A stretch of DNA of 64,000 nt from Rozella allomycis CSF55 (lineage: Eukaryota): contig KE560959.1 in NCBI GenBank assembly GCA_000442015.1, positions 1 to 64,000 on the forward strand, written 5' to 3'. The notes under the pieces were generated by a model. The model was not told the origin of the DNA. It saw nothing but the letters and a program-made list of their open reading frames with translations, and searched no databases. How positions within the stretch are numbered: position 1 is the first letter of the stretch; each line of letters begins with the position of its first letter. This document shows positions 50,686 to 63,497 of the stretch, piece after piece. The position numbers and the translations under genes are program-made.

Positions 50686-52731
50686 CTATTCTATTATTAC
50701 ACAACAGTCACTATCGGTGTCAGATTCAATTGTATTAAGATTATCGTTTTGATATTTCGATCCATAATAATTTAACAGATCAAAAATCTGTTTTCGTTTT
50801 TGGAAAATGTCTGAATGAGAAAACCACTCTGAAAAGAAATCAGCCTTTTTCTTTGACGCCATGGTCAATAATTTAATTAAAGTATCTTTGTGATTTTCAA
50901 TAAAAAGTTCAAAAAACTGAAGAATGTAAACTCCACAATCGTATGCGTTGGGTTGCAGTGGTGTCTACTTAAATCTATATATGAGCATTACTTTGACATA
51001 TAATCCCTTTATTTTGGAAACATTGACAGTCTTGTTTAATTTTTCTTCTGCTTCAGCAGCCAGGTATTTTTTCAATGATCGAATAACACCTGGCGACCGC
51101 GTTGAACCCAGAGAGTCAAAAACAAATATTAAACATCTAATTAAAAGAAAATATAAATTTTACTTGTCAGAGTTATTAAGACTCGTTTCTTCTTCTTGTT
51201 GTACAACATCTGATCCAATATCAACAATCTCAAATGATTCCCCTTCATCATCGTTAACGCTGTTTGAGCTTAGAGGTTCATTGGACACCAACATTTCAAT
51301 CTTCTTTAATGTGCTCGAGTATTTATCTTCTGATCTTTTCCTTTTCCTTGTAATTTCATCCAACTCGTCCAAAGGCTCTTCATCTCCTAACAAACATCCA
51401 GAAGGATTATAAATGATGGCAAGCATCCAGTGCATACTAAATACTTATCCATTAATTGCGTTACCTGACGTGGATTGGAACAACAATAAACTCCTTTTCA
51501 AAGATATTTACATTTTTCGTCCATCTTTGCACTTTCCTATGTGGCCAAATAAAATCATTGCGATCCAAGTTAAATTCTTTCCCTTTTTCTTTCTTTTTTT
51601 CAGTGTACTCATTCAAACTTAACGTAAGCGCTGTGAAGAAATGTGTGTTCATTAAATGAATTGTTCGCGCCAATACTTCAGAGCATTTTTCCAATAAAAG
51701 ATATTTTAAATAAAAATATATAACATTATCAGGTAAAAACTCGCCGTCATTCAGCCTCAGTAAATCTGAATGGTACAAAGTTGTTCTACTTTGATTCGAT
51801 TGCTCTAAAGGATATAGAAAAAGTACTTTTGAAGGATCTTCAACGCTTTCAATAAACGGTTTTTCCCTGTAAGCAACAATTTGGCTTGGGTCTTCCTCTT
51901 CATTTTGTTTAATCTCATCCAAAATGTTCACAAGGTTTCTCTTTTGAGCCCTAGTTTTAAATACAAGATCATCGATTTTGGCAAACCCTTGTTCCAATAA
52001 ATTGGATAAGAATGATTTATTATCACTACACTTTTCAAATTTCTCTTTGGTGCTAGTGTTTTCTTCTTTCGCTGTAAATGACGTTTGTTCAAATACGGGT
52101 ATAGAAATCATTGTCTCTAGCCTGGAAAACTTGGTTTTAAATTCTTTTCCTTTGCTTTGAAACAGTTTGTAGCAATCTGTGGCCTTCATATAATCTTCTC
52201 CGGTGAGCAGTTTCAAATTTAATGACATTTTCTTCGATGCATCTTCTTCAAGTAAAAACAAAAATTTGTCTATTGAATTTGATGTTCTTGATGTCTTTAA
52301 TTCGTTTACACCGAACATCTTGCTATCGATCAAGGTCTACAATAATTTAAAAGTTACTCAATTACCTTTCCTAATATCACACATGATCTATAGTCTTTGT
52401 ATTTTACAAAATTGTTCTCCTTTTCATCATGTAATATATAGTAGAAACTATTTGCACCCGGTTCTTTTGAAACCCTCTCAAACTTCATTCTTTTTTCATA
52501 AAACTGGTCATTTAATACAAATGAGCTTGCTATAAATCGTAAAATAGGCTCTCTGCTTTCTTTTTTAATTGTTTTTATGCTTCTGAGTGATTTTAAGCCG
52601 TTTTCGGTTCTACCGAAATTAGGCGATTCGGATACTCTTGAAAAATTTTGTAATGTTGGATCTGGTATTTTAAATGGTACAGGCTTTTGTTGATCTGAAG
52701 ACGATTGACTTTTGGCCGAAACCTCACCCAT
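50686..52731 (-). CDS. ULP2: SUMO protease ULP2/SENP6-7 (C48)
   Basis: RLNDGEFLPDNVIYFYLKY, WTKNVNIFEKEFIVVPI, HW, FDSL, QPNAYDCG; start approximate. Confidence 0.85.
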
Positions 52732-52793
52732 GAAATTCCAAAACCAAAAATGTTCCAATGATTACATCTAAAATGACAAAACTATTTTATTTT

Positions 52794-54523
52794 TCACTGC
52801 AAATCGACCTCTTCCTTGTATTTTTCTTTTGATTTCAAAAAAGGCTTCTTGCTATGATCCGTGACATCGCTATCGTTGCTTTTGTCAGTCTTCGACTTGA
52901 CAATATTTTCTGGGAGATATATTGATTGAAGTTTTTCGTATTCATATCTTATTTCTTCAAGCATTTGATGACTGGCAGGAACGTGAACTTTTAGATAGTC
53001 GTTTTTGATAACAGTGTCTGTATTGAAGAATATAAGGCAGTTTACCAAGGTTCAGTTCTATAATTGAAAGCCTGTTACTTACTTCCTTCATTAGCATGTT
53101 CATCATCCCAAACTCGTTCTTTTCGGCGTTCATCTTTTGCTGGACTTCTTTTTCAATGCCATAATGATTCATCATGTTAGTTCTAAGTCTGTCAAAATCT
53201 CGTTTTTCTGTAAGTGTTAATCCATTCCAATCGGTTGTAACTGGACGATCAACCGCTTGACGCAAGAGTCTGTACGCTTGAGCTAATGGTAGCGGAGGAA
53301 GATCAATGTCTTCATCTTCAGAATTATCGCTGCTTATTGATTTGTTCATTCGAAGAACATTTTCTTGAATTGACTTTAGGCCAGTATCCAGTGACTTTTT
53401 GCGATCAGGATCTAATGTAACCTGAGTCAAGAAGAAATCATCTTTGGACCGACTTTGATTCAAGGATCCATTCACCATTTCTTTAGGTGACTCTTCTGCC
53501 GGTGGGGCTAAAGTTTCTTCTACTGGATAAGGATACAGATCCAACTTTGGCGGCTGCGTGAGTAACGGTTGTTGGACTTTAAATCGATTCCAAGGAATTT
53601 TCAAGCCAATTCGTTTGGGCCCTTTGATTACAGTAAACTTTTCTGCTTTGTCACGTTTAGGTTCAAGTTTTGTGATGAACTTGATTTCCCTATGATGGCC
53701 ATTCTCCAACGCAAAGGTCTCTCCATCTAGTTACAAAATATAAAATGGACCAACCTTTTAATCCTTTAACCAGCTCGTTCCCGGCTATATTAACTTGCGC
53801 GATATGAGTTAATTTGCTTAAACCTTCGATATCTTCATATGTGTTTAACTTATTCTTTGAAATGTCCAGCTTTTCGAGGTCAGGAAATAGGTCTGGTTCA
53901 AAATCAATTCTTGAAATCTTATTTCTAGATACGTTAAGTGACTTAATACTATCAAAAAAGATATATTTAATTACCACGGAAGCCTGCCCAGCATTGAGAA
54001 TGTATCAACATGAAGAAAATTGCCTTCCAAATTCAATTCTTTTAAATTTTGAAATACCATATCATTGATAACTGGTATCTTTGATATTTCATTATACGAT
54101 AAATTAAGTCTCTGAAGACGCGGTAGTTTTCCCAACTCGACAAAAGAATTCGGGTCATTCAGAACATTAAAAGACAAATCCAAGTCCTATCAACTAGATA
54201 GATGCATATTACTTCTAAAACCATAAAACTATCGTATGTGTATTCAAAAGACGAGATGCGATTACAGGGAGCTTTCAATGTTTTCAGCCCTTTCAACGCT
54301 CCAAACCCTTCAATGTGCAGTCCATTATTTTCTCCCGCATCAATTTCAACCAAGTTACAAAACTCTTCAAGGTTATCATCACAAAACCCATCCAAATTTA
54401 AGTCTGTGAGATTAGCAAAATATACATCTTCGGGCTTATCCGCTGCAGATTTTCTATAACAAATCATGCATCATCATACTCTTGAATCAATTTCTTGGAT
54501 ACTTTTCTATGTTTACCTGCCAT
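52794..54523 (-). CDS. LRR protein, XRRA1-like
   Basis: EIDAGEN..IEGF, LDLSFN, several LRRs, FFLTQV motif, C-terminal coiled coil; start approximate. Confidence 0.6.
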
Positions 54524-54662
54524 ATAACCTATTGTTGTCAAGCATTTTCTAAAAATAGCAATTATCATTCCAAGCAGTCCAAAAATATCATGAAACCAAC
54601 TTCAATTGGATCTTAAAAACCTATATATGCAAGAGTAGCAAAAGTTTGAACCAAAGTTGCAG

Positions 54663-55451
54663 ATGGCCATTTATACCAGTTTGGCTAATACCAAAATCCA
54701 GCCAAAAATTGGAACCAATACCAATGCGCCCTCAACTGTGAAGCAAGTCGAAGAGACAATGCAAGAAATGGATAAACTAAATCATACCAAATTTTGCGAC
54801 TATTTACTAAACCAAGAAAACTGTGACGAGATTGTCAGCCGCGTTAAACTCTTGAATGACGAGTGTTTGATCAACCCCACAAGTATAGCACGCGCACTAT
54901 CATGGTTTGGAAAGAACTGGAGTCTCCAAAAGTGCTGTGAATTTCTAGTAAAGCTATTGTACATGAGGGGATTCACTAGTGATTTCTTTGTGAACACTGT
55001 TCAGGAATGGATGATCTTGAGTTGCATGAATTCTAAACAGATTTTGGAAGCTACTATGATGTTTATGACAGCTGAGAATGAAGGAACGGCTGCATTGTTT
55101 TTCCACAAGTTGAGTGTGAAGTGGTCAGTGAATAGTAAAGTTAAGGCTATAGTTTCATTGAATAATAGGTTTAGATGGCATGAGAATTATAGTAGGGGGT
55201 TTTTGAAGTGTTTGACTGAATTGAGTGTGAGTGATGGGGTTGAATTGAATGCTATGAAGAGGATGTTGGAGAAAAGCAAGATGATTAATCAGGAAAGTAT
55301 GATGATGAATTATTTGAATCATATGTATAGCAGGAGTGTGAATTCATATCAACGGGACAATTTGATTGGACTCATGGTCAAGGGATTGCAAATCACCAAA
55401 AAAACTAGCAAGAATGCCAGAATATTCAACTTGAACTTTCCCAGGCAATAA
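54663..55451 (+). CDS. Hypothetical helical protein
   Basis: Open ~262-codon ORF filling the gap between genes; no motif recognised. Confidence 0.55.
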   Translation: MAIYTSLANTKIQPKIGTNTNAPSTVKQVEETMQEMDKLNHTKFCDYLLNQENCDEIVSRVKLLNDECLINPTSIARALSWFGKNWSLQKCCEFLVKLLYMRGFTSDFFVNTVQEWMILSCMNSKQILEATMMFMTAENEGTAALFFHKLSVKWSVNSKVKAIVSLNNRFRWHENYSRGFLKCLTELSVSDGVELNAMKRMLEKSKMINQESMMMNYLNHMYSRSVNSYQRDNLIGLMVKGLQITKKTSKNARIFNLNFPRQ

Positions 55452-55589
55452 ATCAAAGTATGAAATAGTTGATTTAGTTAGTAAAAATAAATACAGTTAA
55501 CAGATTTTATTTAAAATAAGATAATTTAATAAATAAACTTAACAGTGAGAAATGAATATAATTTAATGAATAAATAATAGTTTATTGAC

Positions 55590-58500
55590 TTAATCCATTT
55601 CATCCATTTCGGAAGGTTTGATCAACCCTGGCACTTTCATGGCGGCTTCTTTTTCAGCAATCTTTTTTCTTTCTTGTTCCAATTCGAATTCTTCTCTGAA
55701 TAATTCATCGTTATTTTCAGAGAATTCTTTCAATTGAATGAGAAAGTCACGCAAGTGTAATTTGAATTGAGCAGCATCCCTGTTTAGATCAAAGAGACCA
55801 AGAACAAAAGTTTCAACTTGAAGTTTTTGTAGAGTGGGAAAAGCATTTAATAAAATGGTGCAAGTGAATTCTTTGAGAAAAGTAGTGTTGTTTAAATTTG
55901 GATTTGCAACAGGATCAAACAAGGGAACTTGAATGGCATTTCTTTGAACGAGCCCAAACATGTGAGCAAGAATGAGTGATTGCATTTTGAAACCTAAAAT
56001 GAGAAATTGGAATGAAGAATACCAGCCTTGTGATCTCTGTCAGTTAAAACAAAAAAGATGTCTTGTAAAAGAGGAATAAAATGATCTTGATAAAATCTAT
56101 TTGAAATTTGGGGATCTGCATGAGAAAACTTTTCCAACATTTCATAGCAAATAGAAAGCCCAGTATCAGTGATGTCTCTAATGGTATGCTTGAATGCCCA
56201 AACAACGCTATCTTTAATAATCTTGAATTGTTGAGGTGGAAGACTAATTAATGCTAAATAAAACAATGAAATAGTGAATTACCTTTGAAGCAATGATGGT
56301 TGACAGTTTTAATGAATTTGAAAAAGGCAACGCGATGATCTGGATAATCTGAGAAATCTTTATTTATCATGTTCAAAGTGCACTCAAATAAATAATCAAA
56401 GATTAAAGGAATTTTATCATTCAATGAATCACCAAGTTTGCTTAATAGCATTGAAACAAGATTTAAAACTTCAGGTTCTCTTGCAGGGTCTACGCTTTGT
56501 TTATAATCAACAAGAATAGTGTCAAACAAGGGTGGAACAACGTGTTGGATCGTCATTTGAACATCGTGGCTCTTTTCAACATAAATCTCTAAAAATTTTA
56601 ATGTTTCTTTTTTAATTCCTCTCATTCCTCTAACAAGGGGTGTTTTAGTAGCAATCAACCCTTGAGAAATCACAGATTCTGAAACAAATTTACTAATTGC
56701 ATTATAAACAGATAACAAATCATGATAAATTCTTCCCAACTGAGATACAAATGGACCTCCAATAGATTTACATGCAGCAACATTTGTTTTCAAAACATTA
56801 ACCAACACTTTAACTTTTTCATAATCTTTAAAAATCATTATATCTTGAGATGCTGATCTAACAATCTCATCCCATGTCTTATTGGGCAATTCCATCAACT
56901 TTGAAATCAACTGTGTTTGCATATTAGAGTCTCCCTCTGAACTAATCATACATCCAATAGCTTCATAAAACACATGGACTTGCGTTGGTTCTAAATCTTT
57001 TGTTATCTCTTCAATCTCCATCAATATCTCTTGAATAAATGGCCTCTCTTCTCCACTTTGTAAAATTACAAAATGTGTTTTGCATTTCTGAGCTATTTTT
57101 ATAAATGTATCACAAGCCATATCTCTAACACCCTCATGATATTCATGCATAAACTCAAACAACTTTCTAACTACTGTCTTCAAAAATCTCCAATGCGCTC
57201 TTAAAAATCTTGGGTATTGTCCAACGATATACATTATATTAGCTGCAACAATCGCTTTATTATCTTTCCCTCTCTTCAACTCTACTAATCCCAACAATTC
57301 TCTAATCACTGTAATCAAAAACCTCTTTTCACTCTCTTCATCCATCGCTCCACTAATAGACCCAATAGCCCAACACAGCTTATTCAAATTCTCCCAACTC
57401 CACTCACTCCCATTCACTTGTCTCGCCAACTTTTCCGTCATTATTCTTTCTGTATCTTCATAATCCAAATGCGTCAAATAAACTAAAACTTCCTTCATTG
57501 CTTTATATAACTGAATAGTATCAGTCTCTTTAATAAACTCTCTCACTACTTGTCCTGATTCATCCTCTACAACTAACACCTCCTCTGGTTTAGCCATTTG
57601 GTTAATCATCACATGTCGCAAATTACTCAACACTTGTCCATACATCTCTGCCCTTCTAGCCCCCTGCTCTCCAACCATCAGTGGCATCATCTGTATCCTT
57701 CTAGTATCCTCATACAATGACAAAACCAATCTACTCCAACACTCCAAACAAACTTTAAACAACTCTCTTTCTCTAATATCAGATATCTTCAACAAATATG
57801 AAAACCCATTAATCAACAAATCTACCTTGCCCTTCCCCTCTACAATACTCAAATGGGTACTCAAAAAAGTAGTCAAAAACATGGCCAAATTTTGTATCAT
57901 CTTTTGAAACTCATCACTAGCATTCTCATACGTCTTATTCCAACTATCATCACTAGGTAATGGCAACACTCTATTCACAGTCTCCATCGTTATCGAATAC
58001 AATACATAAAATCTATCATCATACTCACTTCCAACAGACAATCCAGCTATCTCAGTCAAACATCCAATTGCAATGTTCCTATACTTTGCATCAGCCAATC
58101 CCTTAAATCAAATCCAGTTCACTCCCTTACCTTGTCTCTCAACAACTCAATCAAATTAGTTTCAAATATATATCCAAATGGTATCCATTTCAAAAATCTT
58201 TGCAAGGCCTTCAATGTAGACGCAAGCAACGATGGCTTAGTAGCAAGTTCTAGAACTTCTGAACACAATTGATAAATCTGCGAAAATTCATTGCAAAATT
58301 GATCCTTCAAAGTTTTTGCTTTCAATGTAGTCATCTGCTCGGCTGAAAAATCAAACACTTCCTCACTCAGCAATTTCAAAATGTTCATGTTATTTTCACA
58401 AAGTGACAAGGATGTCCTGCTCGATTGAATCAACTCTGGCATAAAATTTGGCCAGTTCTTGGGCCACTCTTGCTTCAATATCTAATAAACCTATATCGCC

Positions 58501-58935
58501 AATTTTACTTGCACCAATATCATATTCAACTTTCCCAAAAACATTCGGTTATTCACAAGTGACACCTCATCACTGGAATACCTTATAATTAATCCAACAA
58601 TAAACTGCTTAATTCCATCACAATGCGCCCGTGGCAATATCTTCCAACGCGTTTGAATCAATTTTTCCAAAATACTCAACGCTATATACTAGTCAACTCT
58701 ACAAAACACACTTACTTTGGTATTATCAGACTTGCTTTGCTCTAAAATAGAATCCACTCGCTGCCACGCATCCGGATGGTCCTGGAATTGTGTCAACACG
58801 GCTTGTGCCTGTGCTCGCTGCGTAACATATACAAAACTCACTTACTTCAGCTCCTACACCAGTATAAAATGTCATAACAACACGGTCTAAAAGGTCGATA
58901 TCCAAGTTTTGCTGAAAGTTTAGAATTTGTTCCAT
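55590..58935 (-). CDS. CRM1: Exportin-1/CRM1
   Basis: [62 protein letters not shown]. Confidence 0.98.
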
Positions 58936-58940
58936 AGAAT

Positions 58941-59630
58941 TTATTGACCAGGGTTTACCCTGCCTTGTTCAACAGCCAGCTGCAGGCATCGCAGTAAACG
59001 TTGCATCGGTGATTGCAGAATATTACTAATACTGGACGCTGGTTGGCTAAGAGCACCAACTACTTGGCCTTGCAAAGCGTGGTGACTGGGCATGCGGAGC
59101 ATTCGATTAAGAGTATCCATATCTACTAGATCTCGTCCAATTTTTGCTGCTATAGGCATTATTCGGTCTTTAGTCTTTAAATATTTGACCTACTGTATTA
59201 ATAAACTTGCACTTACAATTGGTTGAAGGTCATTGAGATCATGGTCGTTGTGAACTAGATACATTTTTCCATGTGCTACGCGTGATAGATCAGACAAACC
59301 TTCTGTCTTCTCAACACAGTCACGGAATACCTTGTTATTCAAAAGAGTGAAACCGGTATTGTCGTATTTCTTTTTAAGTTCACCTTTCATCACCCTATGA
59401 TCCCACGAATCAGCATTGAGAAATAAACAAAATATCATGTTCTTTCTCTTAAGCATACGCAACACATGGCTGTATTGAAACCTCACTGTGGGATTATCCA
59501 AGTCCTTGACATGGTCTAGGCTGGGACGTAATTGCTTTGGCAATTGCTCGAGATTCCTTTTTATTTCAGCGTCTACTTTAATGGGAGACTATTTAATACG
59601 GAATTGCCTTTGAAATATTAATTGCATCAT
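58941..59630 (-). CDS. Mitochondrial ribosomal protein uL10m
   Basis: Presequence MMQLIFQRQFRIK; NNKVFR; C-terminal MPSHHALQGQVVGALSQPA resembles the uL10 motif. Confidence 0.6.
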
Positions 59631-59822
59631 AGTTTAAACAAGGGTTTCAATTGCCATTTTGGGCATTTATCAATGAAATAAAAAGCAATTATATCCATTT
59701 TAATCTAATTTATTAAAACCAATAAGCATCCACAAAATCCTAGGGAATATCACCATTCTGAAATTTCTAACACCGCCACCTTTTTCTTTTCCGCATTTTA
59801 CAACCCTGGCTTATAATTTTCA

Positions 59823-60378
59823 ATGGCTCCAAAACTCGATCCAAATGAAGTAAAAATCTGTAAATAATATACATCAATATAATTTTAGTGGTACTTCGTA
59901 CCGTCGGTGGAGAAGTTGGAAACACCTCTGCTCTCGCCCCTAAACTCGGTCCTTTAGGTCTTGTAAAGCATTATAATAATTTTAATTCAAGTCTCCAAAA
60001 AAAGTTGGTGAAGATATTGCCAAGGTTTCACAAGAATGGAAAGGTCTCCGTATCACAGCCAAACTTACTATTCAGAACCGTCAAGCAACCGTTGAAATCG
60101 TTCCAAACGCTGCTTCTCTCATTATCAAAGCTTTGAAAGAGCCTGTTCGTGATAGAAAGAAGGAAAAAAATATCAAGCACTCTGGAAACCTTTCATTTGA
60201 AGAAATCTTGAACATTGCTCGTCAAATGCGCGACAAAAGTTTGGCTAGAGAATTGAAGGGAGTTGTTAGAGAAATCCTTGGAACCGCTTTTTCAGTTGGA
60301 TGTACCGTTGAGGGAGCCAGCCCACAAACCATCAGCGAAAAAGTTGCCAGTGGAGAAATTGAAGTTCCTGCTCAATAA
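59823..60378 (+). CDS. RPL12: 60S ribosomal protein L12 (uL11)
   Basis: [51 protein letters not shown]; 2 short introns. Confidence 0.97.
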
Positions 60379-60615
60379 ATCATTCCTCATAGCGTATTTT
60401 GCAATTATATAACCAGAATATATATTCTTTATTATATTGTCTTTATCAATTTTTATATTTAACCTGTTCTCACAGTAGTCCATCGTAACAAAAGTATTCG
60501 GGCCAATAATCCTAGTTTCTTTTGGGAAATTCGAAATATGAACATGATCAGGATCCGCGAATATTTGATCGCTTGGCTCTATTTGAAGCTTCTTACCAAT
60601 ATATTCTTGATTCAT
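60292..60615 (-). CDS. Peptidase inhibitor I78 / potato-inhibitor-like
   Basis: [23 protein letters not shown]...IYSG; conserved part ends near 60415. Confidence 0.75.
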   Translation of the reverse strand: MNQEYIGKKLQIEPSDQIFADPDHVHISNFPKETRIIGPNTFVTMDYCENRLNIKIDKDNIIKNIYSGYIIAKYAMRNDLLSRNFNFSTGNFFADGLWAGSLNGTSN

Positions 60616-60709
60616 TAAGTTTCTGAAAATTCATAATACGATCTTCTTTAAAAGGCTAATTAATACAGATCACGAAATATTGAAATTTGTCGGAGTTCGC
60701 TATTTACCC

Positions 60710-61894
60710 ATGCTCATAGTATTTATGGTTTTACACCTATTCCTCCTTTTTCTATTTCTGATACCATCTGCAAAATGCTCTATTGTGTCAATTGTAGTGA
60801 AGCAAAAGTCGGATCAATCCAATCCCAAATTGGTCGACTTTGTTATCGATGATGATAATTTGATCGTATTTCATGGCTCGCCGGCTTCTCCAGATGATAA
60901 AGCAAGTTTTGAAGCACAATTAATACCATATTCTCCAATAGATGGATGCTCTTCATTAGCTGACTCTCCCTTTGTTTCAAATTTGTCGCCGCCCACTTTC
61001 AAGACTAAAAGGCCGGTTATATTGTTTATTCTACGAGGCAAATGTCCATTACCACAAAAAATTCAAAATGCTAAGTCGATATCAGGGATTGCAGGAATAA
61101 TAATTGGAAATGTTAATGAAACGAAAATAACTAAAGTTGAGCTTGATTCTGTCTCCGTTAATCTTCCAGCAGTATTGTTGAGCACTGAATATGCTGAAAC
61201 TGTCGGTTCGTACATAGAGCAGGTTTACGGAAATAAAAATCAGACAGATGATGATCCATGGTTAAACGCGAATATTGTGATAACTAATGACGGGCACTAT
61301 TCTGGTGTGATTGAAGTAACGCTGATAGTAATTATAGTCCTTCTTGGAATTTCATTTGTGGCATCCGTAGCAATGCATTGCCATTTATATAGACGAAGAA
61401 GAAATATGCAGCTGAATCAAGATGGAAATGTTGACCCAGAGTCGGGTAGGCCTCGCGCAAGTACTCTTAATACTGCTACTTTGGATCAGTTACCAATTAA
61501 AGTCTTTAAAAAATCAAGTAAAGATGACATACAAATGAAGAAAATTGAGACAAATGATGAAGAAAATAAGATCTCAGACGAGGAACACGAAAAATCTGAT
61601 TTTACTGAAGAGTTGAATGATTTATGTCCAATATGTATTGATGAATTCGACCCTGGAGATGAACTACGGGAATTACCATGTAGACATGTTTTTCATAAAG
61701 CTTGCGTGGATCCATGGTTAACTCAAAATTCATCAACGTGCCCGATGTGTAAGGGCGATGTATTGGAAGTTGTGCCAAAGTGTGAAACACCATTGCCAGC
61801 CCCAAGCAGTGCCCCAGGTAGAATTTTGCCTTCATTTATGGGAATTCATAGGACCTCTGTAGCTCTAAACAGTAAATTAATAAGTTTGCGATAA
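60710..61894 (+). CDS. PA-TM-RING-H2 E3 ligase (RNF13/GRAIL/RMR type)
   Basis: Signal peptide; PA domain (ILRGKC..KIQNA); [10 protein letters not shown]...[21 protein letters not shown]. Confidence 0.9.
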   Translation: MLIVFMVLHLFLLFLFLIPSAKCSIVSIVVKQKSDQSNPKLVDFVIDDDNLIVFHGSPASPDDKASFEAQLIPYSPIDGCSSLADSPFVSNLSPPTFKTKRPVILFILRGKCPLPQKIQNAKSISGIAGIIIGNVNETKITKVELDSVSVNLPAVLLSTEYAETVGSYIEQVYGNKNQTDDDPWLNANIVITNDGHYSGVIEVTLIVIIVLLGISFVASVAMHCHLYRRRRNMQLNQDGNVDPESGRPRASTLNTATLDQLPIKVFKKSSKDDIQMKKIETNDEENKISDEEHEKSDFTEELNDLCPICIDEFDPGDELRELPCRHVFHKACVDPWLTQNSSTCPMCKGDVLEVVPKCETPLPAPSSAPGRILPSFMGIHRTSVALNSKLISLR

Positions 61895-62027
61895 ACAAGA
61901 TGAAAATAGCTCGGATATTGAGAATGATGGGCAGCACACACAACAACGTAGCTTCCTTAGGAACTTGTTTTCTAGACATTCGTGCTAAACTTAATAAATA
62001 ACTTAAATATACTGAAATATTTATTGC

Positions 62028-62718
62028 TTAGAAAATAAAGCGTTTTGGAGGCGTATAACCTCGTTTAGTTACTTCTTGAATCTTATCAAGCACTCTTTTT
62101 AAAATATTTGCGTTAAAATTCAAAAATCTTATGTCAGAATACGGCAATAAGCTTAAGGAATCAATAATGCTTTTTTCAATTAATGATCTTCTAATTTCAA
62201 ACCACTCTGCATTTCCATTGTGAGATTCATAGACAATCCTCTGAAATACATCTAATATCTTCTTATATACAGGCATGTAGTGAGTATTGGTTCCATTTAT
62301 ATTTTCGAAAGTACACAAATATTCAGGAAGACCAGAAGATGATAAAATTGCGTAAAATAATTCATATACCTTTGATAGTAAATATTCGTCGCCAAATAAA
62401 AGCTTTTGAAGCACTTTTAGACATTCAGCCATCATTCCATACTTCCTTAAAGCTGTTAGTTGTTCAATACAATTTGTAAGTATGAATATCTTTAGCTCTT
62501 TTAATTCATCTTCGATGTACTCTTTGTTATTCTCTATGATGTTGAGAACGGTTGAATATATGAGTAAACTAAAGGTAGGGTTCAACTCATGGTATAAGAG
62601 ACTCAACTCTGATAATACATTCACAGCAAGAATGATATCCTCATTACGAGACTTTAAAACCACAATCAACTTTTCGGATAGCTTTAACGTACAATTAAAC
62701 ATACTGCCATTATTCTCC
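62028..62718 (-). CDS. Hypothetical helical protein, 5'-truncated at the N join
   Basis: Open ORF of ~230 codons up to N at 62719. Confidence 0.5.
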
Positions 62719-62720
62719 NC

Positions 62721-63497
62721 AACCATAAAAGCGGTAAATTTCTAAACATAAAAACTTGCACGAATATCCTTGCATACGACGAAAAGGGCCTGTTGAGTTT
62801 CCTGAAAGTAATGAAAGGAAAACGTATTTCTCAAAAAACTGTTGATTTCGCGTTTCAGTTTGCTTATGCTTATGGTCTTACTGAAATTGCTTGTAACCCA
62901 AAGCTATTTATTGTTGAAAACAGTATATTACCGGACCCGTCATCAAATGATAACTATGCGATATTGACCGCTGCGTATAATGGGTACACTGACATTGTTA
63001 AATATCTACTAACTCAAGAAAGAGTAAATCCAGGTGCAAAGGAAAATTATGCTATTCGAGATGCTGCTATAAAGGGGCATACGGAAATTGTCAAAATGCT
63101 GCTCGCCGATTCTAGAGTAGATCCAGCTGCAAATGACAATGAGACGATTGTTAACGCTGCCGATTATGGTCATCTGGAAATTCTTAAGATGCTGCTGGCC
63201 GATCCTAGAGTAGATCCAGGTGCCAGTGAAAATAATGCTCTTCGCTTGGCCTGCAAGGAAGGTCATATTGAAGTTGTTAGAATGCTTCTTGCAGACGCTC
63301 GAGTAGATCCTAGTGCCCGAAGGAATCAAGCTATTCGAACTGCAATAGATTATGGGCGTGCAGAAATTCTTAGATTGTTGCTTGAAGACTCTAGAGGAGA
63401 TCCAATCGCGAAGAGGACTCAAGCTATTCGAAGTGCCATCAAGTATGGAAATGCAGAAATGGTGCAAATTTCGTTGGAGTATAGCCTATATCATTAA
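62721..63497 (+). CDS. Ankyrin-repeat protein, paralog of 28718-30525, 5'-truncated at N
   Basis: Frame open back to the N: NHKSGKFLNIKTCTNIL..LLSFL..FAFQF aligns with DHRCGILFSIDTCTEIL..LVNFL..YAFQF; ~5 DPRVDP ANK repeats. Confidence 0.85.
   Translation, partial: NHKSGKFLNIKTCTNILAYDEKGLLSFLKVMKGKRISQKTVDFAFQFAYAYGLTEIACNPKLFIVENSILPDPSSNDNYAILTAAYNGYTDIVKYLLTQERVNPGAKENYAIRDAAIKGHTEIVKMLLADSRVDPAANDNETIVNAADYGHLEILKMLLADPRVDPGASENNALRLACKEGHIEVVRMLLADARVDPSARRNQAIRTAIDYGRAEILRLLLEDSRGDPIAKRTQAIRSAIKYGNAEMVQISLEYSLYH

Noticed and set aside
58941-60378. uL10 next to uL11 as a relic bacterial operon
   Set aside because: Opposite strands, introns, and one is mitochondrial while the other is cytosolic; probably coincidence.
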